From the human T2T-CHM13v2.0 reference genome, Homo sapiens, in the NCBI RefSeq assembly GCF_009914755.1, contig NC_060933.1: DNA of 64,000 nt. One strand, given 5' to 3'. Position 1 is the first letter of the stretch. Each line of letters starts with the position of its first letter. Shown here piece after piece: positions 1 to 15,300 of the stretch. The notes under the pieces were generated by a model. That model made no database searches. It was not told the origin of the DNA and saw only the letters and a program-made list of their open reading frames with translations. The translations under genes were made by a program, and so were the position numbers.

Positions 1-119
1 TTCCATTCCATTGCAATCGAGTTGAATCCATTGCATTTCATTCCATTCCATTCCATTCCATTCCATTGCAATCGAGTTGAATCTATTGCATTTCATTCCA
101 TTCCATTCCATTCCATTCC

Positions 120-134
120 ATTCCGGAAGATTCC
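120..134. promoter_or_regulatory. Perfect 3-unit heat-shock-element match aTTCc-gGAAg-aTTCc (representative; 19 counted)
   Basis: Matches the canonical nTTCnnGAAnnTTCn consensus. Other starts: 5315, 6173, 11512, 12370, 15570, 15929, 18059, 18932, 25883, 27636, 28539, 30297, 31505, 34237, 35976, 38434, 40143, 40897. The motif match is certain, but function is not shown. Confidence 0.5.
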
Positions 135-1225
135 ATTCCATTGCATTCCATTACATTCCATTCCCCTGCACTCGCGTTGATTCCATTCCATTCCATTCCA
201 TTCCATTGCATTCCATTGCATTCCATTCCCCTGCACTCAGGTTGATTCCATTCCATTCCATTCCATTCCATTCCATTCCATTCCATTCCATTCTATTCGC
301 GTTAATTCCATTCCACTCCATTCCATTACATTCCATTGCAATCGACTTGATTCCATTCCATTCCATTCCATTCCATTCAAGTCCTTTCCATTCCATTCCA
401 CTCGTGTTGATTCCATTTTATTAGTTTCCATTCCATTCCATTCCCTTCCATTCCACTCTGGTTGATTCCATTCCTTTCCATTCCACTCGAATTCATTCCC
501 TTCTATTCCACTCGGAATGATTCCATTGTATTCCGTTCCATTCCATTCCATTTCGTTCCATTCCATTTTATTCCGTACCATTCCATTCCATTCCATTCCA
601 TTCCATTACATTCCATTCCATTCCATTCCATGCCATTCCACTCGGGTTGATTCCATTGCTTTCCATTCCATTTGGGTTGAATCCATTCCATTCCATTCCA
701 TTCCATTCCATTCCATTCCATTCCATTCCATTCCATTCAATTGCACTAGGTTTGATTCCATTCCACTGCATTCCATTCCATTCCATTCCATTCCATTCCA
801 TTCCATTCCATTCCATTCCATTCCCCTGCACTCGGGTTCATTCCATTCCATTCCATTTACTTCCATTCCATTCCATTCCATTCCATTCCATTCCATGCCA
901 TTCCACTCGCATTGATTCCATTCCCTTCCATTCCATTAGAGTTGAATCCATTCCATTCCATTCCATTCCATTCCATTCCATTCCATTGCACACGGGTTCA
1001 TTCCATTCCATTCCATTCCATTCCCTTACATTCCATTTCGTTACATTCCATTCTATTCCGTACCATTCCATTCCATTCCATTCCGTTCCATTCCACTCCA
1101 TTCCATGCCATTCCACTCGGGTATATTCCATTCCTTTTAATTCCATTCGGGTTGAATCCATTCCATTCCATTCCATTCGATTCCATTACATTGCACTCGG
1201 GTTGATTCCATTCCATTCCATTCCA

Positions 1226-1415
1226 TTACATTTCATTCCATTCCATTCCATTCCATTTCATTCAATTCCATTCCATTCCATGCCATTCCACTCGTGTTGA
1301 TTCCATTCCTTTCCATTCCATTACATTTTATTCCATTCCATTCCATTCCATTTCATTCAATTCCATTCCATTCCATGCCATTCCACTCGTGTTGATTCCA
1401 TTCCTTTCCATTCCA
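1226..1415 (+). repeat. 95-bp tandem duplication fixed in all A copies
   Basis: TTACATTTCATTCC...TTCAATTCC...TGCCATTCCACTCGTGTTGATTCCATTCCTTTCC at 1226-1320 and 1321-1415. Also seen near 7274, 13476, 20038 and 41988. Confidence 0.85.
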
Positions 1416-1800
1416 TTCGAGTTGAACCCATTCCATTCCATTCCATTCCATTCCATTCCATTCCGTTCCATTCCATTGCACGCGGGTTCATTCCATTCCA
1501 TTCCGTTCCATTCCATTCCATTCCATTCCATTCCATTCCATTCCATTACATTCCATTTCGTTCCATTCCGTTCTATTCCGTACGATTCCATTGCATTCCA
1601 TTCCATTCCATTCCTTTCCATTCCATTGAATTCGAGTTGATTCCATTCCATTCCGTTCCATTCCATTCCATTCCATTCCATTCCGGATGATTCCATTCCA
1701 CTGCATTCCATTCCATTAAATTCCCCTGCACTTGGAGTGATTCCTTTCCATTCTATTCCATTCCATTCCATTCCATTCCATTCCATTCCATTCCATTCCA

Positions 1801-3260
1801 TTCCATTTCATTGCAATCGAGTTGATTCCATTGCATTCCATTCCATTCCATTCCAGTCCTTTCCATTCCATTCCACTCGGGTTGATTCCATTCTATTCCT
1901 TTCCATTCCATTCGATTCCATTCCATTCCACTCTGGTTGATACCATTCCTTTTCATTCCACTCGAAAACATTCCCTTCTATTCCACTCGGAATGATTCCA
2001 TTCCATTCCATTCCATTCCATTCCATTCCATTCCATTCCGTTTCGTTCCATTACATTCTATTCCGTACCATTCCACTCCATTCCATTCCATTCCATTCCA
2101 TGCCATTCCTCTCGGGTTGATTCCATTCCTTTCCATTCCATTCGGGTTGAATCCATTCCATTCCATTCCTTTCCATTCCATTCCATTCCATTGCACTCGG
2201 GTTGATTCCATTCCATTCCATTCCGTTCCATTCCGGATGACTCCATTCCATTGCATTCCATTCCATTCCATTCCCCTGCACTCGGTTTCATTACATTCCA
2301 TTCCATTCACTTCCATTCCATTCCATTCCATTCCATTCCATTCCATTCCATTTCGTTCCCTTCCATTCTATTCCGTACCATTCCATTCCATTCCATTCCA
2401 TTCCATTCCATTCCATTCCATTCCATTTCCTTCCATTCCATTCCATTCCATTCCATTCCATTCCATTCCATTTCCTTCCATTCCATTCCATTCCATTCCA
2501 TTCCATTCCATTCTATTAGGGTTAATTCCATTCCATTCCATTCCATTCCATTCCGTTCCATGCCATTCCACTCGGGTTGATTCCATTTCTTTCCATTCCA
2601 TTCGAGTTGAATCCATTCCATTCCATTCTATTCCATTCCATTCCTTTCCATTCCATTCAATTCCATTCTATTCCGGTTAATTCCATTCCATTCCATTCCA
2701 TTCCATTCCATTTCATTGCAATCGGGTTGATTCCATTGCATTCCATTCCATTCCATTCCAGTCCTTTCCATTCCATTCCACTCGGGTTGATTCCAATCTA
2801 TTCCTTTCCATTCCATTCGATTGCATTCCATTCCACTCGATTCCATTCCATTCCACTCTGGTTGATTCCATTCCTTTTCATTCCACTCGAAAACATTCCC
2901 TTCTATTCCACTCGGAATGATTCCATTCCATTCCATTCCATTCCATTCCATTTCGTTCCATTACATTCTATTCTGTACCATTCCACTCCATTCCATTCCA
3001 TTCCATTCCATGCCATTGCTCTCGGGTTGATTCCATTCCTTTCCATTCCATTCGGGTTGAGTCCATTCCATTCCATTCCTTTCCATTCCATTCCATTCCA
3101 TTGCACTCGGGTTGATTCCATTCCATTCCATTCCGTTCCATTCCGGATGACTCCATTCCATTGCATTCCATTCCATTCCATTCCCCTGCACTCGGTTTCA
3201 TTACATTCCATTCCATTCACTTCCATTCCATTCCATTCCATTCCATTCCATTCCATTCCA
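1801..3260 (+). repeat. ~0.91-kb-offset internal duplication within HOR A
   Basis: CTCGAAAACATTCCCTTCTATTCCACTCGGAATGA at 1961 and 2886. CCGGATGACT at 2233 and 3143. Confidence 0.85.
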
Positions 3261-6172
3261 TTCCATTCCATTCCAATCGAGTTGATTCCATTCCATTCCA
3301 TTCCATTCCATTCAATTCCGAATGATGTCATTCCATTGCCTTCCATTCCATTCCATTCCCCTGCACTCGGGTTGATTCCATTCCATTCCATTCCATCCCA
3401 TTCCATTCCATTCCATTCCATTTCGTTCCATTCCTTTCTATTCCGTACCATTCCATTCCATTCCATTCCATTCCATTCCATTCCATTTCCTTCCATTCCA
3501 TTCCATTCCATTCCATTCCATTCCATTCCATTCTATTAGGGTTAATTCCATTCCATTCCATTCCATTCCATGCCATTCCACTCGGGTTGATTCCATTCCT
3601 TTCCATTCCATTCGAGTTGAATCCATTCCATTCCATTCCATTCCATTCCATTCCATTCCATTGCACACGGGTTCATTTCATTCCATTCCATTCCATTCCA
3701 TTTCGTTCCATTCCATTCTATTCCATACCATTCCATTCCATTCCATTCCATTAGACTCCATTCCATGCCATTCCACTCGGTTTTATTCCATTCGTTTCCA
3801 TTCCATTCGGGTTGAATCCATTGCATTCCATTCCATTCGATTCCATTACATTGCACTCGTGTTGTTTCCATTCCATTCCATTCCATTCCATTCCATTCCA
3901 TGCCATTCCACTCGGGTTGATTTCATTACATTCCGTTCCATTCGAGTCGAACCCATTCCATTCCATTCCATTCCATTCCATTCCAATCCATTGCACACGT
4001 GTTCACTCCATTCCATTCCATTCCATTCCATTCCATTCCATTTCGTTCCATTCCATTCTATTCGGTACCATTCCATTCCATTCCATTCGGTACCATTCCA
4101 TTCCATTCCAATCCATTCCATTCCATGCCATTCCACTTGGGTTGATTCCCTTCCTTTCCATTCCATTCGGGTTGAATCCATTCCATTCCATTCCATTCCA
4201 TTCCATTCCATTCCATTCCTTTCAATACCATTGCACACGGGTTGGTTCCATTCCATTCCTTTCCGTTCCATTCCGGATGACTCCATTTCATTGCATTCCA
4301 TTCCATTCCATTCCCCTGCACTCGGGTTCATTACCTTCCATTCCATTTACTTCCATTCCATTCCATTCCATTCTATTCGGGTTAATTCCATTCCATTCCA
4401 TTCCATTCCATTCCATTCCATTCCATTCCATTCCATTCCATTGCAATCGAGTTGATTCCATTCCATTCCATTCAATTCCGGATAATTCCATTCCATTGCC
4501 TTCAATTCCATTCCATTCCCCTGCACTCGGGTTGATTCCATTCCATTCCATTCCATTCCATTCCATTCCATTTCATTCCATTCCATTTCGTTCCTTTCCA
4601 TTCTATTCCGTACCATTCCATTCCATTCCATTCCATTCCATTCCATTCCTTGCCATTCCACTCGTGTTGATTCCATTCCTTTCCATTCCATTCGAGTTGA
4701 ATCCATTCCAATCCATTCCATTCCATTCGATTCCATTCCATTGCACACGGGTTCATTCCATTCCATTCCATTCCATTCCATTCCATTCCATTCCATTCCA
4801 TTTCGTTCCATTCCATTCTATTCCGTACCATTCCATTCCATTCCATTCCATTCCATTCCACTCCACTTCATGCCATTCCACTCGGGATTATTCCATTCCT
4901 TTCCATTCCATTCGGGTTGAATCCATTCCATTCCATTCCATTCCATTCGATTCCATTACATTGCACTCGGGTTGATTCCATTCCATTCCATTCCATTCCA
5001 TTCCACTCCATTCCATGCCATTCCACGCGGGTTTATTCCATTCCTTTCCATTCCATTCGTGTTGAATCCATTCCATTCCATTCCATTCCATTCGATTCCA
5101 TTACACTGCACTCGTGTTGATTCCATTCCATTCCACTCCATACCATTCCATTCCATTCCATTGCATTCCATTCCGTTCCATTCCGTTCCATTCCATTCCA
5201 TTCCATTCTATTCGGGTTAATTCCATTCCATTCCATTCCATTCCATTCTATTCCATTCCATTGCAATCGAGTTGAATCCATTGCATTTCATGCCATTCCA
5301 TTCCATTCCATTCCATTCCGGAAGATTCCATTCCATTGCATTCCATTCCATTCCATTCCCCTGCACTCGCGTTGATTCCATTCCATTCCATTCCATTCCA
5401 TTCCATTCCATTCCATTCCGTTCCATTCCGTTCCGTTCCATTCCATTCTATTCCATTCCATTCCATTCCATTCCTTTCCGTTCCATTCCATTCCATTCCA
5501 TTCCATTCTATTTGGGTTAATTCCATTCCATTCCATTCGACTGCAATCGAGTTGATTCCATTCCATTCCATTCCATTCCATTCCATTCCATTCCATTCCT
5601 TTCCATTACATTACGGATGATTCCATTCCATTGCATTCCATTCCATTCCATTCCCCTGTACTCGGGTTGATTCCATTCCATTCCATTCCAATCCATGCCA
5701 TTCCACTCGTATTGATTCCATTCTTTCCATTCCATTCAAGTTGAATCCATTCCATTGCATTCCATTACATTCGATTCCATTCGATTGCACTCGGGTTGAT
5801 TCCATTCCATTGTATTCCATTCCATTCCATTCCATTCCATTCCATTCCATTCCATTCCGTTCCATTCCATTCCATTACATTCGGATTGATTCTATTCAAT
5901 TCCCTTACACTCCATTACATTCCATTCCATTCGGGTAGTTTCCACTCCATTCCTCTCCATTCCATTGCACTCGGGTTGATTCCATTCCATTGCATTCCAT
6001 TCCATACCATTCAATTCCATTCCGTTCCATTCCATTCCATTACATTCGGATTGATTCTATTCAACTCCCTTACTCTCCATTACATTCGATTGCATTCGTG
6101 TTGTTCAATTCCATTCCATTCCATTCCACTCCATTCCATTGCACTCGGGTTGATTCCATTCCATTCCATTCC

Positions 6173-9100
6173 ATTCCGGAAGATTCCATTCCATTGCATT
6201 CCATTACATTCCATTCCCCTGCACTCGCGTTGATTCCATTCCATTCCATTCCATTCCATTGCATTCCATTGCATTCCATTCCCCTGCACTCAGGTTGATT
6301 CCATTCCATTCCATTCCATTCCATTCCATTCCATTCCATTCCATTCCATTCTATTCGCGTTAATTCCATTCCACTCCATTCCATTACATTCCATTGCAAT
6401 CGACTTGATTCCATTCCATTCCATTCCATTCCATTCAAGTCCTTTCCATTCCATTCCACTCGTGTTGATTCCATTTTATTAGTTTCCATTCCATTCCATT
6501 CCCTTCCATTCCACTCTGGTTGATTCCATTCCTTTCCATTCCACTCGAATTCATTCCCTTCTATTCCACTCGGAATGATTCCATTCTATTCCGTTCCATT
6601 CCATTCCATTTCGTTCCATTCCATTTTATTCCGTACCATTCCATTCCATTCCATTCCATTCCATTCCATTACATTCCATTCCATTCCATTCCATGCCATT
6701 CCACTCGGGTTGATTCCATTGCTTTCCATTCCATTTGGGTTGAATCCATTCCATTCCATTCCATTCCATTCCATTCCATTCCATTCAATTGCACTAGGTT
6801 TGATTCCATTCCACTGCATTCCATTCCATTCCATTCAATTCCATTCCATTCCATTCCATTCCATTCCATTCCATTCCCCTGCACTCGGGTTCATTCCATT
6901 CCATTCCATTTACTTCCATTCCATTCCATTCCATTCCATTCCATGCCATTCCACTCGCGTTGATTCCATTCCCTTCCATTCCATTAGAGTTGAATCCATT
7001 CCATTCCATTCCATTCCATTCCATTCCATTCCATTGCACACGGGTTCATTCCATTCCATTCCATTCCATTCCCTTACATTCCATTTCGTTACATTCCATT
7101 CTATTCCGTACCATTCCATTCCATTCCATTCCATTCCATTCCACTCCATTCCATGCCATTCCACTCGGGTATATTCCATTCCTTTTAATTCCATTCGGGT
7201 TGAATCCATTCCATTCCATTCCATTCGATTCCATTACATTGCACTCGGGTTGATTCCATTCCATTCCATTCCATTACATTTCATTCCATTCCATTCCATT
7301 CCATTTCATTCAATTCCATTCCATTCCATGCCATTCCACTCGTGTTGATTCCATTCCTTTCCATTCCATTACATTTCATTCCATTCCATTCCATTCCATT
7401 TCATTCAATTCCATTCCATTCCATGCCATTCCACTCGTGTTGATTCCATTCCTTTCCATTCCATTCGAGTTGAACCCATTCCATTCCATTCCATTCCATT
7501 CCATTCCATTCCATTCCATTCCATTCCGTTCCATTCCATTGCACGCGGGTTCATTCCATTCCATTCCGTTCCATTCCATTCCATTCCATTCCAGTCCATT
7601 CCATTACATTCCATTTCGTTCCATTCCATTCTATTCCGTACGATTCCATTGCATTCCATTCCATTCCATTCCTTTCCATTCCATTGAATTCGAGTTGATT
7701 CCATTCCATTCCGTTCCATTCCATTCCATTCCATTCCATTCCGGATGATTCCATTCCACTGCATTCCATTCCATTAAATTCCCCTGCACTTGGAGTGATT
7801 CCTTTCCATTCTATTCCATTCCATTCCATTCCATTCCATTCCATTCCATTCCATTCCATTCCATTTCATTGCAATCGAGTTGATTCCATTGCATTCCATT
7901 CCATTCCATTCCAGTCCTTTCCATTCCATTCCACTCGTGTTGATTCCATTCTATTCCTTTCCATTCCATTCGATTCCATTCCATTCCACTCTGGTTGATA
8001 CCATTCCTTTTCATTCCACTCGAAAACATTCCCTTCTATTCCACTCGGAATGATTCCATTCCATTCCATTCCATTCCATTCCATTCCATTCCGTTTCGTT
8101 CCATTACATTCTATTCCGTACCATTCCACTCCATTCCATTCCATTCCATTCCATGCCATTCCTCTCGGGTTGATTCCATTCCTTTCCATTCCATTCGGGT
8201 TGAATCCATTGCATTCCATTCCTTTCCATTCCATTCCATTCCATTGCACTCGGGTTGATTCCATTCCATTCCATTCCGTTCCATTCCGGATGACTCCATT
8301 CCATTGCATTCCATTCCATTCCATTCCCCTGCACTCGGTTTCATTACATTCCATTCCATTCACTTCCATTCCATTCCATTCCATTCCATTCCATTCCATT
8401 CCATTCCATTTCGTTCCATTCCATTCTATTCCGTACCATTCCATTCCATTCCATTCCATTCCATTCCATTCCATTCCATTCCATTTCCTTCCATTCCATT
8501 CCATTCCATTCCATTCCATTCCATTCCATTTCCTTCCATTCCATTCCATTCCATTCCATTCCATTCCATTCATTTCCTTCCATTCCATTCCATTCCATTC
8601 CATTCCATTCCATTCCATTCCATTCCATTCCATTTCCTTCCATTCCATTCCATTCCATTCCATTCCATTCCATTCCATTCTATTAGGGTTAATTCCATTC
8701 CATTCCATTCCATTCCATTCCGTTCCATGCCATTCCACTCGGGTTGATTCCATTCCTTTCCATTCCATTCGAGTTGGATCCATTCCATTCCATTCTATTC
8801 CATTCCATTCCTTTCCATTCCATTCAATTCCATTCTATTCCGGTTAATTCCATTCCATTCCATTCCATTCCATTCCATTTCATTGCAATCGAGTTGATTC
8901 CATTGCATTCCATTCCATTCCATTCCAGTCCTTTCCATTCCATTCCACTCGGGTTGATTCCATTCTATTCCTTTCCATTCCATTCGATTGCATTCCATTC
9001 CACTCGATTCCATTCCATTCCACTCTGGTTGATTCCATTCCTTTTCATTCCACTCGAAAACATTCCCTTCTATTCCACTCGGAATGATTCCATTCCATTC

Positions 9101-12100
9101 CATTCCATTCCATTCCATTCCATTTTGTTCCATTACATTCTATTCTGTACCATTCCACTCCATTCCATTCCATTCCATTCCATGCCATTCCTCTCGGGTT
9201 GATTCCATTCCTTTCCATTCCATTCGGGTTGAGTCCATTCCATTCCATTCCTTTCCATTCCATTCCATTCCATTGCACTCGGGTTGATTCCATTCCATTC
9301 CATTCCGTTCCATTCCGGATGACTCCATTCCATTGCATTCCATTCCATTCCATTCCCCTGCACTCGGTTTCATTACATTCCATTCCATTCACTTCCATTC
9401 CATTCCATTCTATTCCATTCCATTCCATTCCATTCCAATCGAGTTGATTCCATTCCATTCCATTCCATTCCATTCAATTCCGAATGATGTCATTCCATTG
9501 CCTTCCATTCCATTCCATTCCCCTGCACTCGGGTTGATTCCATTCCATTCCATTCCATCCCATTCCATTCCATTCCATTCCATTTCGTTCCATTCCATTC
9601 TATTCCGTACCATTCCATTCCATTCCATTCCATTCCATTCCATTCCATTCCATTCCATTCCATTTCCTTCCATTCCATTCCATTCCATTCCATTCCATTC
9701 CATTCCATTCCATTCTATTAGGGTTAATTCCATTCCATTCCATTCCATTCCATGCCATTCCACTCGGGTTGATTCCATTCCTTTCCATTCCATTCGAGTT
9801 GAATCCATTCCATTCCATTCCATTCCATTCCATTCCATTGCACACGGGTTCATTTCATTCCATTCTATTCCATTCCATTTCGTTCCATTCCATTCTATTC
9901 CATACCATTCCATTCCATTCCATTCCATTAGACTCCATTCCATGCCATTCCACTCGGTTTTATTCCATTCGTTTCCATTCCATTCGGGTTGAATCCATTG
10001 CATTCCATTCCATTCGATTCCATTACATTGCACTCGTGTTGTTTCCATTCCATTCCATTCCATTCCATTCCATTCCATGCCATTCCACTCGGGTTGATTT
10101 CATTACATTCCGTTCCATTCGAGTCGAACCCATTCCATTCCATTCCATTCCATTCCATTCCATTCCAATCCATTGCACACGTGTTCACTCCATTCCATTC
10201 CATTCCATTCCATTCCATTCCATTCCATTTCGTTCCATTCCATTCTATTCGGTACCATTCCATTCCATTCCATTCGGTACCATTCCATTCCATTCCAATC
10301 CATTCCATTCCATGCCATTCCACTTGGGTTGATTCCCTTCCTTTCCATTCCATTCGGGTTGAATCCATTCCATTCCATTCCATTCCATTCCATTCCATTC
10401 CATTCCATTCCTTTCAATTCCATTGCACACGGGTTGGTTCCATTCCATTCCTTTCCGTTCCATTCCGGATGACTCCATTTCATTGCATTCCATTCCATTC
10501 CATTCCCCTGCACTCGGGTTCATTACCTTCCATTCCATTTACTTCCATTCCATTCCATTCCATTCTATTCGGGTTAATTCCATTCCATTCCATTCCATTC
10601 CATTCCATTCCATTCCATTCCATTCCATTCCATTCCATTGCAATCGAGTTGATTCCATTCCATTCCATTCAATTCCGGATGATTCCATTCCATTGCCTTC
10701 AATTCCATTCCATTCCCCTGCACTCGGGTTGATTCCATTCCATTCCATTCCATTCCATTCCATTCCATTTCATTCCATTCCATTTCGTTCCTTTCCATTC
10801 TATTCCGTACCATTCCATTCCATTCCATTCCATTCCATTCCATTCCATTCCATGCCATTCCACTCGGGTTGATTCCATTCCTTTCCATTCCATTCGAGTT
10901 GAATCCATTCCAATCCATTCCATTCCATTCGATTCCATTCCATTGCACACGGGTTCATTCCATTCTATTCCATTCCATTCCATTCCATTCCATTTCGTTC
11001 CATTCCATTCTATTCCGTACCATTCCATTCCATTCCATTCCATTCCATTCCACTCCACTTCATGCCATTCCACTCGGGATTATTCCATTCCTTTCCATTC
11101 CATTCGGGTTGAATCCATTCCATTCCATTCCATTCCATTCGATTCCATTACATTGCACTCGGGTTGATTCCATTCCATTCCATTCCATTCCATTCCACTC
11201 CATTCCATGCCATTCCACGCGGGTTTATTCCATTCCTTTCCATTCCATTCGTGTTGAATCCATTCCATTCCATTCCATTCCATTCGATTCCATTACACTG
11301 CACTCGTGTTGATTCCATTCCATTCCACTCCATACCATTCCATTCCATTCCATTCCATTCCATTCCATTCCGTTCCATTCCGTTCCATTCCATTCCATTC
11401 CATTCTATTCGGGTTAATTCCATTCCATTCCATTCCATTCCATTCTATTACATTCCATTGCAATCGAGTTGAATCCATTGCATTTCATGCCATTCCATTC
11501 CATTCCATTCCATTCCGGAAGATTCCATTCCATTGCATTCCATTCCATTCCATTCCCCTGCACTCGCGTTGATTCCATTCCATTCCATTCCATTCCATTC
11601 CATTCCATTCCATTCCGTTCCATTCCGTTCCGTTCCATTCCATTCTATTCCATTCCATTCCATTCCATTCCTTTCCGTTCCATTCCATTCCATTCCATTC
11701 CATTCTATTTGGGTTAATTCCATTCCATTCCATTCGACTGCAATCGAGTTGATTCCATTCCATTCCATTCCATTCCATTCCATTCCATTCCATTCCTTTC
11801 CATTACATTACGGATGATTCCATTCCATTGCATTCCATTCCATTCCATTCCCCTGTACTCGGGTTGATTCCATTCCATTCCATTCCAATCCATGCCATTC
11901 CACTCGTATTGATTCCATTCTTTCCTTTCCATTCAAGTTGAATCCATTCCATTGCATTCCATTACATTCGATTCCATTCGATTGCACTCGGGTTGATTCC
12001 ATTCCATTGTATTCCATTCCATTCCATTCCATTCCATTCCATTCCATTCCATTCCGTTCCATTCCATTCCATTACATTCGGATTGATTCTATTCAATTCC

Positions 12101-12369
12101 CTTACACTCCATTACATTCCATTCCATTCGGGTAGTTTCCATTCCATTCCTCTCCATTCCATTGCACTCGGGTTGATTCCATTCCATTGCATTCCATTCC
12201 ATACCATTCAATTCCATTCCGTTCCATTCCATTCCATTACATTCGGATTGATTCTATTCAACTCCCTTACTCTCCATTACATTCGATTGCATTCGGGTTG
12301 TTCAATTCCATTCCATTCCATTCCACTCCATTCCATTGCACTCGGGTTGATTCCATTCCATTCCATTCC
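6173..12369 (+). repeat. Higher-order repeat A, copy 2 (~6.2 kb)
   Basis: Same landmark order as copy 1 (e.g. TTAAATTCCCCTGCACTTGGAGTGA at ~7774). Differs mainly in pentamer-tract lengths. Confidence 0.9.
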
Positions 12370-15300
12370 ATTCCGGAAGATTCCATTCCATTGCATTCCA
12401 TTACATTCCATTCCCCTGCACTCGCGTTGATTCCATTCCATTCCATTCCATTCCATTGCATTCCATTGCATTCCATTCCCCTGCACTCAGGTTGATTCCA
12501 TTCCATTCCATTCCATTCCATTCCATTCCATTCCATTCTATTCGCGTTAATTCCATTCCACTCCATTCCATTACATTCCATTGCAATCGACTTGATTCCA
12601 TTCCATTCCATTCCATTCCATTCAAGTCCTTTCCATTCCATTCCACTCGTGTTGATTCCATTTTATTAGTTTCCATTCCATTCCATTCCCTTCCATTCCA
12701 CTCTGGTTGATTCCATTCCTTTCCATTCCACTCGAATTCATTCCCTTCTATTCCACTCGGAATGATTCCTTTCTATTCCGTTCCATTCCATTCCATTTCG
12801 TTCCATTCCATTTTATTCCGTACCATTCCATTCCATTCCATTCCATTCCATTCCATTACATTCCATTCCATTCCATTCCATGCCATTCCACTCGGGTTGA
12901 TTCCATTGCTTTCCATTCCATTTGGGTTGAATCCATTCCATTCCATTCCATTCCATTCCATTCCATTCCATTCAATTGCACTAGGTTTGATTCCATTCCA
13001 CTGCATTCCATTCCATTCCATTCAATTCCATTCCATTCCATTCCATTCCATTCCATTCCCTTCCATTCCATTCCCCTGCACTCGGGTTCATTCCATTCCA
13101 TTCCATTTACTTCCATTCCATTCCATTCCATTCCATTCCATTCCATGCCATTCCACTCGCGTTGATTCCATTCCCTTCCATTCCATTAGAGTTGAATCCA
13201 TTCCATTCCATTCCATTCCATTCCATTCCATTCCATTGCACACGGGTTCATTCCATTCCATTCCATTCCATTCCCTTACATTCCATTTCGTTACATTCCA
13301 TTCTATTCCGTACCATTCCATTCCATTCCATTCCATTCCATTCCACTCCATTCCATGCCATTCCACTCGGGTATATTCCATTCCTTTTAATTCCATTCGG
13401 GTTGAATCCATTCCATTCCATTCCATTCGATTCCATTACATTGCACTCGGGTTGATTCCATTCCATTCCATTCCATTACATTTCATTCCATTCCATTCCA
13501 TTCCATTTCATTCAATTCCATTCCATTCCATGCCATTCCACTCGTGTTGATTCCATTCCTTTCCATTCCATTACATTTCATTCCATTCCATTCCATTCCA
13601 TTTCATTCAATTCCATTCCATTCCATGCCATTCCACTCGTGTTGATTCCATTCCTTTCCATTCCATTCGAGTTGAACCCATTCCATTCCATTCCATTCCA
13701 TTCCATTCCATTCCATTCCGTTCCATTCCATTGCACGCGGGTTCATTCCATTTCATTCCGTTCCATTCCATTCCATTCCATTCCATTCCATTCCATTACA
13801 TTCCATTTCGTTCCATTCCATTCTATTCCGTACGATTCCATTGCATTCCATTCCATTCCATTCCTTTCCATTCCATTGAATTCGAGTTGATTCCATTCCA
13901 TTCCGTTCCATTCCATTCCATTCCGGATGATTCCATTCCACTGCATTCCATTCCATTAAATTCCCCTGCACTTGGAGTGATTCCTTTCCATTCTATTCCA
14001 TTCCATTCCATTCCATTCCATTCCATTTCATTGCAATCGAGTTGATTCCATTGCATTCCATTCCATTCCATTCCAGTCCTTTCCATTCCATTCCACTCGG
14101 GTTGATTCCATTCTATTCCTTTCCATTCCATTCGATTCCATTCCATTCCACTCTGGTTGATACCATTCCTTTTCATTCCACTCGAAAACATTCCCTTCTA
14201 TTCCACTCGGAATGATTCCATTGCATTCCATTCCATTCCATTCCATTCCATTCCATTCCATTCCGTTTCGTTCCATTACATTCTATTCCGTACCATTCCA
14301 CTCCATTCCATTCCATTCCATTCCATGCCATTCCTCTCGGGTTGATTCCATTCCTTTCCATTCCATTCGGGTTGAATCCATTCCATTCCATTCCTTTCCA
14401 TTCCATTCCATTCCATTGCACTCGGGTTGATTCCATTCCATTCCATTCCGTTCCATTCCGGATGACTCCATTCCATTGCATTCCATTCCATTCCATTCCC
14501 CTGCACTCGGTTTCATTACATTCCATTCCATTCACTTCCATTCCATTCCATTCCATTCCATTCCATTCCATTCCATTTCGTTCCATTCCATTCTATTCCG
14601 TACCATTCCATTCCATTCCATTCCATTCCATTGCATTCCATTCCATTCCATTCCATTCCATTCCATGCCATTCCACTCGGGTTGATTCCATTGCTTTCCA
14701 TTCCATTTGGGTTGAATCCATTCCCCTGCAGTCGGGTTGTTTCCATTCCATTCCATTCCATTCCATTCCATTCCATTCCATTCCGTTCCGTTCCATTCCA
14801 TTCCATTCCATTCTATTCGGGTTAATTCCATTCCATTCCATTCCATTCCATTCCATTCCATTCCATTCCAATCGAGTTGATTCCATTCCATTCCATTCCA
14901 TTCCATTCCACTCCATTCCAGTCCTTTCCATTCCATTCCACTCGGGTTGATTCCAATGTATTCCTTTCCATTCCATTCCATTCCATTGCAATCGAGTTGA
15001 TTCCATTGCTTTGCATTCCATTCCATTCCATTCCATTCCATTGCATTCCATTCCATTGCATTCCATTCCATTCCATTCCCCTGCACTCGGGTTGATTCCA
15101 TTCCATTCCATTCCATTCCGTTCCATTCCATTCCATTCCGTTGTATTCGGGTTAATTCCATTCCATTCCATTCCATTCCATTCCATTCCATTCCATCACA
15201 ATCGAGTTGGTTCCATTCCATTCCATTCCATTCCATTCCATTCCATTCCATTCCGGATGATTCCATTCCATTACATTGCGTTCCATTACATTCCCCTGCA

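Larger units (their letters stand above)
120..6172 (+). repeat. Higher-order repeat A, copy 1 (~6.05 kb)
   Basis: Rare landmarks recur in order in each copy: CGTGTTGATTCCATTTTATTAGTTT (~402), GCACTAGGTTTG (~743), TTAAATTCCCCTGCACTTGGAGTGA (~1716), CCGAATGATGTC (~3318), TTAGACTCC (~3751), GAGTCGAACCC (~3944). Homologous ORF starts 462/6520/12707/19284/41234 give spacings of 6058, 6187, 6577 and 21950. Confidence 0.9.

Noticed and set aside
2516-2525. TTAGGG telomere hexamer within TATTAGGGTTAA
   Set aside because: It is a single hexamer made by one substitution in the common TATTCGGGTTAA word and propagated with the HOR, not a telomeric tract.
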